A stretch of DNA of 64,000 bases from Paraspadella gotoi (Eukaryota > Animalia > Chaetognatha): positions 22,569,486 through 22,633,485 of the forward strand of contig CM119267.1 in assembly GCA_051294375.1 (NCBI GenBank), in the 5' to 3' direction. The notes beneath the pieces are model-generated. The model did not search any database, was not told the origin of the DNA, and worked only from the letters and a program-made list of their open reading frames with translations. Position numbers and translations under genes: made by a program. Within the stretch, counting starts at the first letter, position 1, and each line of letters opens with the position of its first letter. Shown in pieces: positions 14,535 to 27,339 of this stretch.

Positions 14535-15181
14535 GCTAGTCCCTTTGAGAATAAAAAAAAGTTGGCGAGAAAAAAAGAAAACAAAAACACAATTATCAAC
14601 ATGGTGTTAATGCGCTCTCTCTCTCTCTCTTCTCTCCTCTCTCTCCTCTCTCTCTCTTTCTCTCTCTCTCCTCTCTCTCTCCTCTCTCTCTCTCCGGCAA
14701 ACATACTTTGTTGCCGCCCGTACGGGAAACAAAGAGAGAGAAAAGAAAGCCTTCAAACATGTCGGCTTGTCGGTTCGGTCCTTCCGTTGGTCAGACGTCG
14801 AGAGCGCCCGGACGTCCACATTTGCTTGCCTCTTTTGTCTCTAAGCTTGCTTGGCAACAGATAAATGTTTAAATTCTTTATAAAATGTTGAATAAAAAAA
14901 TCTCGTCAAGAAAACATTTTTTAAGGTTTAAACGGTTTGGCTATCTCTGGTCCGATTGGACAAGTCTGGACCTCCGACACTGGATCCTCTCTCCCGCATA
15001 ATTGATGAATGTCGTAAAATGAACGAGAGTGGGAGAAAAAGGAGAGAGAAAGAGAGAAAGGACAAAAAGAGAAGAAAAAGGGAAATAGTAGAAGGTGGAT
15101 GGTGTGTGAAGGAAAGATGAGAGAGATAGAAAAAAACTGAGAGGGAGGAAAAGTAAGACAGCGGAGAACGAAATTTATATT

Positions 15182-15283
<102 letters not shown>

Positions 15284-15833
15284 GAGTAGAAAACAAATAT
15301 GACAAGAAAGAGCGAGAGCAACGAACGCAACATAAACGAGTTCGTGTCGGGAAGAAAATGAGAAAATAAAAAGAGAAAATTACGATTTAAATTGGGAGAT
15401 GGGATTGATGGGAACCAGTGGAGGGGATGTGAAGAAGCAAATGGCGACGGGATAGTTGACTTATTAAGCAGTAAGGTAGGGAATAGTTGATGGCAACAGG
15501 GAGTCGGCTTGCGAAGTAGCTGAGGGCAACGGAGAAGTCGCCTTGTAAAGTAGTTAACTTAATTGCCAGTGGAGAATGGCTTGTGAGATAGAAACGGCGG
15601 CTTAAGTAGCGGACAATTACTGGAGAGCAAACTTGTGATACAGCAAATTAAAACCGCAGAATTGGAAAGTCCACCGGTTAAAGAGGGGATACTACAAAAA
15701 GGACAGTAGAGAGATGCTCTTATTGTATTGTAATTGTTACGAATCGTGAGGGAGAGAGGGAAAAAGAGAGTAAGGGTAATATTTTATATCTCTAAGAGTA
15801 GAGAAAAACAAGGAGGAGGCATGCGAGGTAATT

Positions 15834-15890
<57 letters not shown>

Positions 15891-16779
15891 AGAGAGACGA
15901 GAGAGAGCAGAGAGAGAGCATCAGACAAAGTGAGAGAGAGCAAGAGTTAATTTAATGGCTTTGATATAAGAACAAGTAATGATAAGAAATTGAGAAATAT
16001 TCTGCCTCGTTTTGTAAATATTAAAACCATTTGAAATTTGTAATCGTTTTTTTTTTCGTTTCTCTTGAAGACTCATAAAGTCACGTTTGCCTGTGACGAA
16101 ACTCCGTTTTTACGAGTTTTTTTTTAAAAATATATATATATAAATATATATATAACTTAATTCTGAGTTTTTTCTTGATCGTTGGACCTCATGTTAAAAC
16201 TTTCGACACGGGCGACGTTCGGTATGCTCGTCTCCGCTGGCATGAAGAACAAACATTCTTCACAAAAATGATTTAGAATTTTTTGTCCCTTTCGATTTTT
16301 GACCTACCGAGTACCGACTTGTCCGAAATCAGTCCTTCAATAGTGGTAAAAGTAGAACAACTTTCTTAAGTTAAGCCTTAACCTTCGATTTTCCGGTTTT
16401 TTTCGCAAAGAAAGTTGAAGATCCTTTTCCGTTAATAGTGTGATCGAGATATTGGATCAATTTCATAAGTCACTCGGTTGGTCGGTCGGTCTGACTGTTT
16501 TATTTATGGATATATTTATTTTAAAATTTTTGGAATCATAGAGGAAATATATTGAAAATGGATGTGATATATTAAGAGACTTTGTTACACTTTCATAATT
16601 TAATAATTTAAGTCAGTCTGTGTCTTCATCCTTCTCTGACTCATAAAACCTGTTTATCTCAAAATTTAACCCTTCATTTTTACGACACTGTATTCAAAAT
16701 TGAAAGAAGCTCCAACTGCATCGGGATTAGTAAATTCATCGACTCTCTCTCTCTCAGAACGGTCGGTCTGTCTCTAACG

Positions 16780-19700
16780 ATGAGAGAGCCTGAAAAACAT
16801 CCATCGTGTCGACAAAATTCCTCTGGCCAAAGTAAAATAAAAAGGTAAAAAAGAAATATATAAAAAATTAAAACGGCAAAAGAGCAAATACCGTTTTTTA
16901 TGGAATGAAGATGGTTAATGAGTCGAAATCAAAGAGAAGGTGCACCACACTGTTTGACGATAGAAATCAAGTAAAATCTTTTTTTTTAAATAGTAGAGAA
17001 AATATTAGACATTTAAAAAAAAAACAAAAAAAACTTCCCCGTTTCATTTATTTTTGTTTTTCTTTTCAGCCAATTGCCGCCCAAAGATGGCGCGAGGGCG
17101 CGGGCTTTGTGCGCCGCCTACTTCTTAACGGTATTCCTCAATTTTGGAAACGCCCGCCTTCTCGGAATGTTCTACGAGGAATGGAAGCGGGATTTTCAAA
17201 TTCCTAGGAGTCAGTCGTCCTGGGTCAACGCCACTGGTGAAATGGGCGTCGGTTATTCCGTTAATTTCTCATAGATAAAACGTGATTGGGTTGTTGACGA
17301 AAGATGGGAAACAATCATTTACCGATCCCCAATCAGCTTTCTTTATGATTGGTCTGGGTTCCGCTGTCGCCTCCATTCTTCTCGAATTTCTTCCTCCCGC
17401 CGTCCTCGTCTTTTTCTCGGGGCTTTTGCAAGCCGGAGGATTTATCGCCATCTCATTCGCGGAATCCTTTCCCGTTGTGGTCGTCATGGTGAGAATTTCA
17501 CTGCTTGAAATAGTTGATTCTCTGAAATTGGTACAACCAATATAAAAATTATCCATTCATTTAATTAATAAGCTATCTTGCCCCTGACTTTGGACAGGCT
17601 TTGGTGGTTTAAGGCCTCCATCACTCTTACAAGATAATGACATAGCAGGTCCCTGCAAGCTTTCAATCAAGACACTCTCACAGTCTCGTTTATTCACTCC
17701 CAGAGTGCCTGGCTTCCCTATCAATGAAGTGGAAAATATTTCAAAGAATGTTTCAATTGTATGAAAAGACCACTCCCTTAAGTATTAGATCGGGGAATAC
17801 TCTTTTATTTATCCATCCTTTTATCAACTCGATGAATGGAAGAGGGCCGAGCGGCTTGGGCAGACAATTTGAAGATGATGCTTTGAAAGTGTTCCTTTCG
17901 AACTAAGAATTTTTTCATCATGGTAGCGGCAGTGGTAAGCTGCTTAAACGCGTGCTTTGTCAGCTGGTCTTAATTTTTATCACTTTTTTACTTCGTAAGA
18001 ACTTATATGACCTAGCGACTGACAGATGATTATTTAAACAGACTTTATGAAATTGGTACAACCAATGTAATAATTATCCATTCATTTAATAAATAAACTA
18101 TCTTGCCATTCTTACGAAAAACGGATTTTTGACATTTGTGACAAGATCTCCATCCGACTCGTTTCCTCGACAGAGCCTCGTTGCCTTCACTGGCGCCGGC
18201 GTCGTCCACTCGTCGTGCCTCATCTGCCTGACCCAATGGACCGATAAGCACCAGGTGTTGGCGATCAGCTTGGGCAACATGGCGTCGCCCTTGGGAGGCA
18301 TGGTGCTCCCTCGCCTCTTTGTCTTTCTCCAGGAGGAATTTGGATGGAGAGGGTAAGTTTAAAACAATGCAGAAAAAAATCTTGAAATTCTGATTAATTT
18401 CAGTTAAAATAATTTAACATCTATGACATAAAATCATAAAAAGTTCAATAAAAAACATATATCTCGCTCAATAGATTTTGTTAGTATTTGGCAAGCCAAG
18501 AACGCATCCAACTCTTTTTCCTCATTGCATCAATCAGTGTTTTCTTTATCGCCGGCGCACTATTCTTGAACAATTGCGCCGCCGCCATTGTGCTGCGCCG
18601 TTATCCGACGACCTCTCACGGTCAAAAAACGAAGCCGATCGATCTAGAAAAGACCGAACAAGGACAGATGGTCAAGACCGGTTGGATTAACCCAGCGATG
18701 GACCAAACAGAAGCGAATGTGGCTCCTTTCACCCTGACTTTACCATCGCGAGATCCTGTGAAAAAAACTGAAATATTATCATCACCTACGAGAAGGAAAG
18801 CGACACCAGCCGGAAAAATGATCCCAATGGCAGACGCCCTCGAGCCACGGTTGACGCTCAAGAGACCCAGATTCGACGTGACCATCTTTCGCCAGCGCTT
18901 CTTTCAGTTGCTTTTTCTATATCATTTCATGAATCACGGAGCCATGGTCGGCTTTCTCAGCTTTCATCCATCGATGGCTAATGAGTTGGGTCTCGGAGAC
19001 ACCCAGAAGTCAGACGTCCTCGTTTGTTTAGGTAAAAGATAATTCAAAAGAGGGGACACGGTTTCACAGTTCGGACTGTGGAATGGAACGTAACGCTTGG
19101 GATGGTGCGTTCCCCCTCTGAGCCAATGGGATTGGCTGAATGAAGCTGGAGGTGATGCGGTGTGAATAGACCCCCACAATATATATGTATCGATACACAA
19201 AAGATCCAACCCTGGAATCACGGTAGACAAATTAGAAGGGGAGCTCGGCAATTCATTGAATCGGGATTAGGTTAGGGTTTCGGTTTAGGGTTAGGGATTA
19301 GGTTACAAGTTTAATAACACGATTAGGTTAAATATTAAAGTTGAAATTAAATTCCGGGATAAATCAACAGAAATGAGGAGCTCTGAGAAAAAAGTACCAA
19401 CGTTTTTATTAACATCATATTTCTCAGGTGCCGCGGACTTGATCTCCCGCGTAGCTTTTTCTTTCGCTGGAGCTTTTCCCGTCTTTCATCCTTATCTCGC
19501 CCACGTCCTCTTTCTCAATGCGTTGGTCATGTTGGGCGCGTGTCTCGGCGTCGCTTTCGTCAAGGACTTTGGCTCCCTCGTCGGTGTCAGGTGATTGAGG
19601 ATGTGGAAAAGATCGGCTTGGTTTTAAACAGCAATGCAATACTAAAAACTTGGCAGTATGTACGAAACACTATTCACATTAACGTTATACTCTAGATATG

Positions 19701-20732
19701 CACTTGATGATGTATAGTTGTATAGTATGTATACTGTATAGTGCTCAATTGCTCTTTGTCCAAAGAGGACTGAGATGATTGAAGGGGGATTATCGTCAAT
19801 GTATTTTTCAAACTGATAGTGATACTGATACTGATAGTGATACTCTGACAACTTTCAGTCGATTAAACTTTTTCTGATATTTTTTTTACCATGAAAGTTG
19901 GGACCTTCAGGAAACAGACACGTAATGAACAGTTGAGATTGCCTGAAATTTTATTAAGCAAGAGAAGCCCTTTTCTCATCTCCAAGTTTTTCAAACAATT
20001 CTTGATCCTCTTCCCCCAAAACTCTTCACACGAAGCCTCGTTTTCGGCTTGACTTACTCCTGCTGGGATTCCTTCTTCTACGGATTCGTCAGCGTCCTCA
20101 CGACGCCGCGGCAGCTGCCGTCCAGCATCGGTGCCTTCTACTTGGCGTCGGGGACTTCGTCGCTGCTGCTTCCGCCGCTGGGCGGATTCATCGCCGAATC
20201 GTTCGACGATTACGTCGCCGTCTTTTATTTCTTCGCGGCTCTGCTGGGCGTGGGCGATGGGCGTCGTGCGTGGCTGCGGCGGAAAGGCAGTTAGCACAGA
20301 AATGATTTTTAAAAATATGTTTCGTTTAATTTGTTGAGCCTTTAAGAAGAAAGCCTTTCATAGTAATGACTAGATAGATATTGTTTGTCATTGTTATCGA
20401 TATTGTACAAACTTTTACCGAGTACTTTTTAGTTTAACATACTTTAAAAATACAATTAAAAATATAAATAACAATATTCTAAGGTATTAACTCAAAAAAT
20501 GACTTTTTTTTATGAAGCAGCCGTCTTTAAAAAGATAACAGAACCATCGCCTATAACGACGATAGGCCGCCCCCTAGACGAGCTAATGCCGTCGGAACCA
20601 AAGAAGCGCCATCTCTTGGCGAAGACAAAAGACACACGGACAAAGATAATCTCTCCCTTCTCCGTCGGCGATGAATCAAACACAAACGGGACAACGAAAT
20701 ATGCCGACGACGACAATCCCTTCCGCGAGTGA
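16780..20732 (+). CDS. MFS transporter, SLC16/monocarboxylate-transporter-like; exons 16780-16844, 17070-17236, 17337-17488, 18174-18352, 18538-19031, 19428-19590, 20036-~20289, ~20521-20732
   Basis: All junctions are GT-AG and phase-consistent when traced by hand; the last donor is ambiguous. The protein has 'LPPKDG' before TM1, 'QSSWV', 'AISLGNMASPLGG', 'LQEEFGWRG.FFIAGALFLN', a large central loop, 'GAADLISR', and 'LLLPPLGGFIAESFDDY', all SLC16-like motifs. Confidence 0.85.
19264..19304 (+). repeat. Degenerate TTAGGG/TTAGG-like tract in an intron
   Basis: gggattaggttagggtttcggtttagggttagggattaggtt; reverse-orientation relatives at ~41170-41290 and a weaker one at ~9745-9790. Confidence 0.55.
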
Positions 20733-20741
20733 GAGGAGGAC

Positions 20742-20815
<74 letters not shown>

Positions 20816-21524
20816 CGATGACGACGACGAAGGTGACAATGATGATTTCTAATTTTTCTCGGTGTTTAGCTGTTTCAGAACTGTTTTCAATTATGTGGCA
20901 AAGCTCGCCACAAATCAACTAATGGAAACTATCAAATATATCCGCTCTTTCCAATCTGACGGATATACGTAAAATAAAACTAAAAATAAAAGTAAAAGTA
21001 CTTACGTTTAACGTCGTCATTATATTCGTCGTTATCGTCGTCGTCATCGCCGAATTCACGAAGCAGCTTCATTGCTTAGCAACGTGTGTCGACGAAATGA
21101 TGTTTGGGCGGGAAATGAGAGGGAGGAAGAAGAGGAGGGGGAGGAAGAGGAAGAGGAGCAGGTGTTGAGGAAAAGAATCTAAGGAGAAAAAAGAAGTAAA
21201 TAGTGTAAAGTAAAACTGAGATACGCTACTATCCGTCATATACCAGTCAGATACTAATTGGAAAAAAAAAAAGACTAAACCTTTTTAATATCATTTAGTT
21301 GTCGTCAACGCCTTATTGATATCCCGCCAGAAAAATGAAGTAATATACAGTGAGGCAAGTTTGTTGATAAACAATGACTTCGCTTCAGGACATTGAACTC
21401 CGTTAACTGGATTAAAGGCAAAGAAATGAAAGGAAAATATTGAAGGCGGCGCGGAACGAGATCGAAGAGAGAGAGGAGAAAGATGGAAAAAGCTAAAGAG
21501 CAGAGAGATCGAGAGAGAGGAGAG

Positions 21525-21564
<40 letters not shown>

Positions 21565-22404
21565 AGAGAGAGAGGAGAGAGAGAGCTTGAGAAAATAATG
21601 GCTGACAAGGAGGGTTCTTGCTGAAAGTGGGATAATTGCAGACCTCAAGTATACGAGAAATAATGGAGGAGCGGAGAAAAAAAGGAAAGGAAAAGGAAAC
21701 AAAGAAATCGAAAGTTGAGAAGGAAAGGGAGGAAAGGAAAGAGATGTGCGGGAGATTTGAAGATGTAAACAAGAGAAGAGAGAGAGAGAGAGAGAGATAA
21801 AGTGGTTCAATGTGGAAGAGAAAAAACTTCATAACCAGCGTCGTTGATTACGGAGGAAAGGCGAATAATACCATAAAGCGAAATTTAAAAAAACGATGAG
21901 ATTCTTACAAGAAGAAGAGAAAATGAAGAAAAAAGAAAGAGCATAATGAAGCTAAATGTAAAAAAAAAGTATGTAGAAAAATAATTGTTTATTAACCATA
22001 ATAAAAAAATGACAGACAGAAAGACAGAAAGACAGAGAGAGTGGTGACAACGAATCTCCTCTTTCAATGTTTAATTCAGCCGACCCGGGTCTGCGTTGTC
22101 CAAAGCATTGAGTTAATTTCAGACATAAAAATCAAATCACAAAATTATCATATCAATCGACTTGAAAACCTCGAGACGACGATTCGCCTCAATTTTTTCT
22201 CTGTTTCTCCAAACTCCACAAGTCGCCAAGCCTCGTTTTCGAAGTCAAAACCGATTTAAAGCGAATCATTTAAATGAGGATAATTAAGAAAATTACGCAT
22301 AACCGACGACGAAGATGACGACGACGACAAGGTTTGCTGAAGGGACGCTGGTGCCAAACGCCAAGAACGTTGGCGATGAAGACGACGAAAACCTCTTGTT
22401 AGGA

Positions 22405-22457
<53 letters not shown>

Positions 22458-22648
22458 AGTTGTAAATTTGTAATAAACCAAAACTTGCCTCAATAACAAA
22501 AGACCAATGATATTCTTACAAGTGTCAAAGAAAGCCATATTAAGAAAATGACTCGTGATGATGATCATTCTGACCGGTGTCCGTAATGATGATAAAGATG
22601 ACGAAGATAATCTAGAAAAACGCGAGGACGAAGGAAACGATTATGACA

Positions 22649-22697
<49 letters not shown>

Positions 22698-23157
22698 ATT
22701 GACGTCGCCAAATCCCAGGAATGAGACGTGGAGAGAAACGACGATGATGACTACGACGACGTCGACGACCAAACCATCGAATACATTAGACCGTGTTTTG
22801 CCGCAACCGAGGGGATTACTTGGGGGGGGGGGAAAGAGGAATTTGAAAATACAAGACGGACTTCAAATCTGTTTATGTAGCTAAATGAATAATAATATAA
22901 AATAAAACTTGGGTTGGTGACAACAATATTGATCAGGTAAAAGATAGGCGATCGTCATTTATTAATACTTTATTTTTTATAAGTCATCCGAGCACATTTT
23001 AATCAAAGAACAAAGGTTAAAAAATAATTAAATATAATCAAGAATTAAAAATTATTATTATTTCGGTCGATTTTACTGCTATGTAACTGAAGTAAGTAGT
23101 AATTTGCAAGTTTCCTAAGCTTTTATAAATACATAATTCAAGTCACAAAATGTTAAT

Positions 23158-23640
23158 CTACAATTTCCTCAACTTTGCCCTCAGCGGTTTCCCCGATTGA
23201 GTCTTGGGAATCTCCTCCACAATCCTGACGCCCCCGCGCAGCCGGTTCGAAACGTTCGTCCGAGCCGCCAAAAAGTCTTGCAGCTCCGCTCAGACTGTAA
23301 CACCTGTGTTACAGAGGGGTTAAGCGCCACGTCCCTCTCAACTGCTCAAGTATATCATCCTTCAGAATCGCTTCCCCCGGGGGCGGTGCTGGGGGCGGCC
23401 CCGCGGGGTGGCTCCGCGGGGCGGCCCCGTGGGGCAGGCAAATCTTTACCGCCAACTGCTTGGCGACCACCGGACCTTTGGGTTGGGAGGAGAATGACTT
23501 GCCTCCTGCAACAATGGCCGCCAATGAATGGTTGGTGGATTTTAGTCCACAATAGAGACGACTTAACATAGGCTTTCCTCCTCTATCTCCTCTAGTCCGT
23601 CACCACGGTCACACTGACCTTGCTTTGGCAGTAACCTAAC
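23158..23640 (-). pseudogene. Terminal exon of an AMP-binding enzyme (4-coumarate-CoA-ligase/luciferase-like acyl-CoA synthetase), interrupted by a SINE-like repeat
   Basis: Minus strand 23289-23158 reads AELQDFLAARTNVSNRLRGGVRIVEEIPKTQSGKPLRAKLRKL* (the ANL-family C-terminal 'RLRGGV..V.EIPK..SGK.LR' motif). Beyond the SINE, 23552-23640 gives a frameshifted 'VTVV.GLEE...KAYVKS'. No upstream exons were found. Confidence 0.75.
23294..23550 (-). mobile_element. tRNA-derived SINE-like repeat, copy with a nested ~106-bp GC-rich insertion
   Basis: The reverse complement matches 43218-43395 (gtggactaaaa..caccaacc..gcggccatt..caacccaaaggtcc..ggtggtcgc..gcagtt.agagggacg..ctgtaacac.ggtgt.acag). The insert 23347-23452 is flanked by caactgct at 23339-23346 and 23453-23460. 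Confidence 0.7.
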
Positions 23641-23766
23641 GTCTGACCGGACAAAGTAAGGTCAAGTTGGTTCCGCCTCTTTTTCACCTCTTCATAACAT
23701 TCACCCTGTTTTCATTAACAATTACATTTTATTATTTTCTCTACTTTTTCTTATTCAACACTTGAT

Positions 23767-23844
<78 letters not shown>

Positions 23845-24045
23845 CTTTAATTCCGGTAAACTTGCGTTTCGCTCCGCTTGACTAAATGCGTCCTTGCATC
23901 GGAAAAGTGGAATGTAAAAAAGAATAAAGGAAAAAAAAAGATGGAAAAAAGTGTAATGTGGTGTTGTGATTATGTTTACGTCTCAACGGCGACTCGAAAA
24001 TAGTTCGCCGGAAAAAAAATGCATAGTAATCGTCGTGAGAGACGA

Positions 24046-24077
<32 letters not shown>

Positions 24078-24368
24078 CGCGATGGGCGACGACACCATGG
24101 GTACAACGTGACACACGACGACGACGAGAAGTGTATAAAATTAAATAGAATTAAATGAGCGGACCCTGCTGCGTTACTAGAGTATAAACAAAAGTAATTC
24201 CATCATCGAGTATAACAGAATAATATTAAGAAAAAGACGCCAAGTCCACAACGAAACAAGAAGGAAAATTCACCATAAAATAAAGACTAAAAGAAACGTT
24301 AATGTAATTTTATTAAAGTCTTTTATTCGGCCTGGTCATCTTANNNNNNNNNNNNNNNNNNNNNNNNN

Positions 24369-26010
24369 GGTTTGTTGCAAAGAAGCTCGATTATTAGAAA
24401 CATGACTCGTGATGGATTATCATTCTGACCGGCTCTTGTCCGTAATTGTGATAAAGATGACGAAGATAATTCTAGAAAAACCGCCGAGGAACCGATGAGG
24501 GAACGATTATGGACAAGCGACGGACGACCGGACCGGACGACGACGACGACGCGACGGATTGACGTCGCCAAATATCCCAGGAATGAGACGTGGAGCGAGA
24601 AGACGACGATGATGACTACGACGAGCGTGCGACTGACCCAAACATCGGAATACATATAGACCGTGTTTTGTCCTCCAACCGAGGGATGTACTTGCGTGGG
24701 GGGGGGAAAGAGGATTTGAAATTACAGACGCGGAACTTCAAATCTGTTATTGTAGGCTAAGCTGAAGTGGAATAATTAATATATAATAAAAACTTGGGTT
24801 TGCGTGCACAACCGGATAGTTTGATACAGCGGGTAAAAGATAGGCGATCGCATCATTTTTAGTAAGGTAATCACGGACATCAAAAGTTAAATTATTAGAA
24901 TATAATCAAGAATTAAAAATATTATTATTTCGCGGGTCGATTTTACTTGCTACTGTAATCTGAAGTAAGTAGCTAATTTGGCAAGTTCCTCAAGCTTATA
25001 TAAAATACATATTTCATATTCACAAAATGTTAATCTTTACAATTTCCTACAACGTTTGCCCTCAGCGGGTTTCCCCGATGTGAGTCATTGGGAACCCACA
25101 ATCTACGCACCTGCACTTCGAACGTCGTCCAGCGCAAGTATCGTCGCTCACGGAACCCCGGCGTTACAAGCCGGGTTGCGAACGTCCCTTCTCAAGCTGC
25201 CAAAGTCTGTATCCTTCAGACGTACCCCGGACGAGCATCGTGGGTTGGCCGGCTCCTCAACTGGGCGTCTGCGCGGCGGTACACCGCCTGGGGGCAGGAA
25301 ATTACGATGACTTTGCCGACACCACCATGGCGCTGGAGGAGAATGACGTTGCCCGTGCCGCAATTTTAGTCCCCACAATAGAGACGAGCTTAACATAGGC
25401 TTTCCCTCCTCTATCCTTCTCTAGTCCCGTCACCACCGGTCCACACTGACCTTGCATTTGGCGAGTAACCTTGGGCTCGACCGCGCAAGAGTAAGGTCAA
25501 CGTTGGTCTTCCGCCTCGTCTAATTCAACCTTTCATAAAACATCGTCACCCTGTTTGATTCGATTAAACAATTAACATATTTATTATTTTACTCTACTTT
25601 TCTTACATTCAACACTTATTATAATCTAAGATAATTGAATAATAAATGAATAATCTAAAGAATAGATAATAATGAATAATAATAATAATATATAATAATC
25701 AATAATAATAATATCTTTATTCCGTGTAAACTTGCGTTTCGCCTCGCGCTTGACTAAATGGCGTCCTTGCATCGGAAAAGTGGGATGTAAAAAAAGAAAT
25801 TAAAGGCAAAAAAGAAAAGAGATGGAAAACAAAGTCGTAATGCGTGGTGTTGTGATTATGTTTAACGTACGTCCAACGGCGACTCTCGAAGAAAATAGGT
25901 TCGGCCGCGAAAAACAAATTGTCATATTAATCGTCGTGAGAGACGAGACGACAGACGACCGATGGACGAACGTGACGACGACGCGAGACCCGACACGACG
26001 ACGACAACAA
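24369..26010 (+). repeat. Error-rich second copy of ~22520-24130 directly after an N-gap (24344-24368); probable assembly artefact
   Basis: Colinear with the upstream block but carries many scattered single-base insertions typical of an uncorrected long read. Confidence 0.85.
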
Positions 26011-26506
26011 CGCCGTTGCTTTTTTCGCCTCTCACAAGCGGGCAATTTAGTTCTCACTATTCTTTCTTCTCTGTTCCTCTCGTCTTCTCTCTTCTTTCTC
26101 GTCCTCTCCTCGTCTGCTCTCCTCTGTCTCTCTCTCTCCTGGTAGTGATATTTTGATTTGCGGAATCCCTCAAGGGTGATTCTTCCGCCTCTTTGCCTGC
26201 CGGCGCCGTTCAAGAAATCGGTTGCGTTGCTATGTATCCCTCTCTCTCTCCTCTCTCTTCTCTCTCTCTCTCTCTCATGCCTGCTACAAATATTACAGAT
26301 ATTAACATAATGAAGACGTTTTCAGATAAGAAACAGGTTCGCGTGAAGGCCGCTGCCGCTAGCTTGACCGTCACTTGACTACATACACCCACTATTCTGT
26401 CTTTTACGTTCGCACCTTACCTTTCGAACCTAAAAATCAATTTGCATGTCGCGGTTTTCGTGAAACGAACATTTTTGAACGAGACTCCGTCACGTGGATT
26501 AAAATT

Positions 26507-27110
26507 TAAACAAGTTTGAGCAAACAATGCCGGATCTGCCCAGGATCATGAGCTGTATTTAATCAATTAATTAATTAATTAGTCAATTATTGAATTAATT
26601 CATTTGATCCGACATTGTTTGCTCAAACATGTTTGTTTTTAGGTCTTTTCGTTACTGACCACGACAAAAGCAACGACGATGATGATGGCGACGACGGCGA
26701 CAATAACGCCGATAATGATTAATTAATTGAGTTACTTACTTAATTTATTAATTGACTAATTGATTAATTAATACATCTTACATTTATATTTAATATAAAA
26801 ATAAAAGAAGCATGTAATCTATTAGTGAAACAGGTTTTTTTGTTTTTTCCATTTAAACTCATTTCCACTCGAACGATTCCATCGAAACTTGATTTCAAGC
26901 TTAATCACACACTTACCTACACACATACAAAATTTCAAGTCAATCGCTCAATAAAATCATGAGTAATTGGCGTTCAAAGATAAGGAGGGACGGACAGACA
27001 TCAAATTAGTTGTTGTTTTCGACTCAAAGCAGATAAAAAAATAAATATGCAATTATGCATCTTATTTCGAATTCAACATGGTTGATTCAGTTCAGACAAT
27101 AACATAAGAA
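26507..27110. mobile_element. DINE-1/HINE-like non-autonomous element
   Basis: Starts AACAAG; inverted pair aaacaagtttgagcaaacaatg.cggatc (26508) / gatccgacattgtttgctcaaacatgttt (~26606-26634); 'aaatttcaagtcaatcg' core and ggacggacagac tail. Relatives at ~35500-35850 and, reversed, at ~51555-51950. Confidence 0.55.
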
Positions 27111-27232
27111 AAAAAATAATCTTAAAAGCATAAGGATCAAGCCATGATGATAGTTCATCATTGATGCGATATAGTCATTCATTGACGCGAATGAATCATT
27201 CATCGTATCAAACAATGGTAGTAATGAAGATG

Positions 27233-27283
<51 letters not shown>

Positions 27284-27339
27284 AAGAGAGAGAGAGGCTG
27301 GACAGTTTCCCCGCAAACGAAACGCCATTATTAGGTCTC

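Noticed and set aside
24369-26010. Real tandem duplication of the acyl-CoA synthetase exon region
   Set aside because: It abuts an N-gap and has an insertion-dominated error profile typical of a raw long read.
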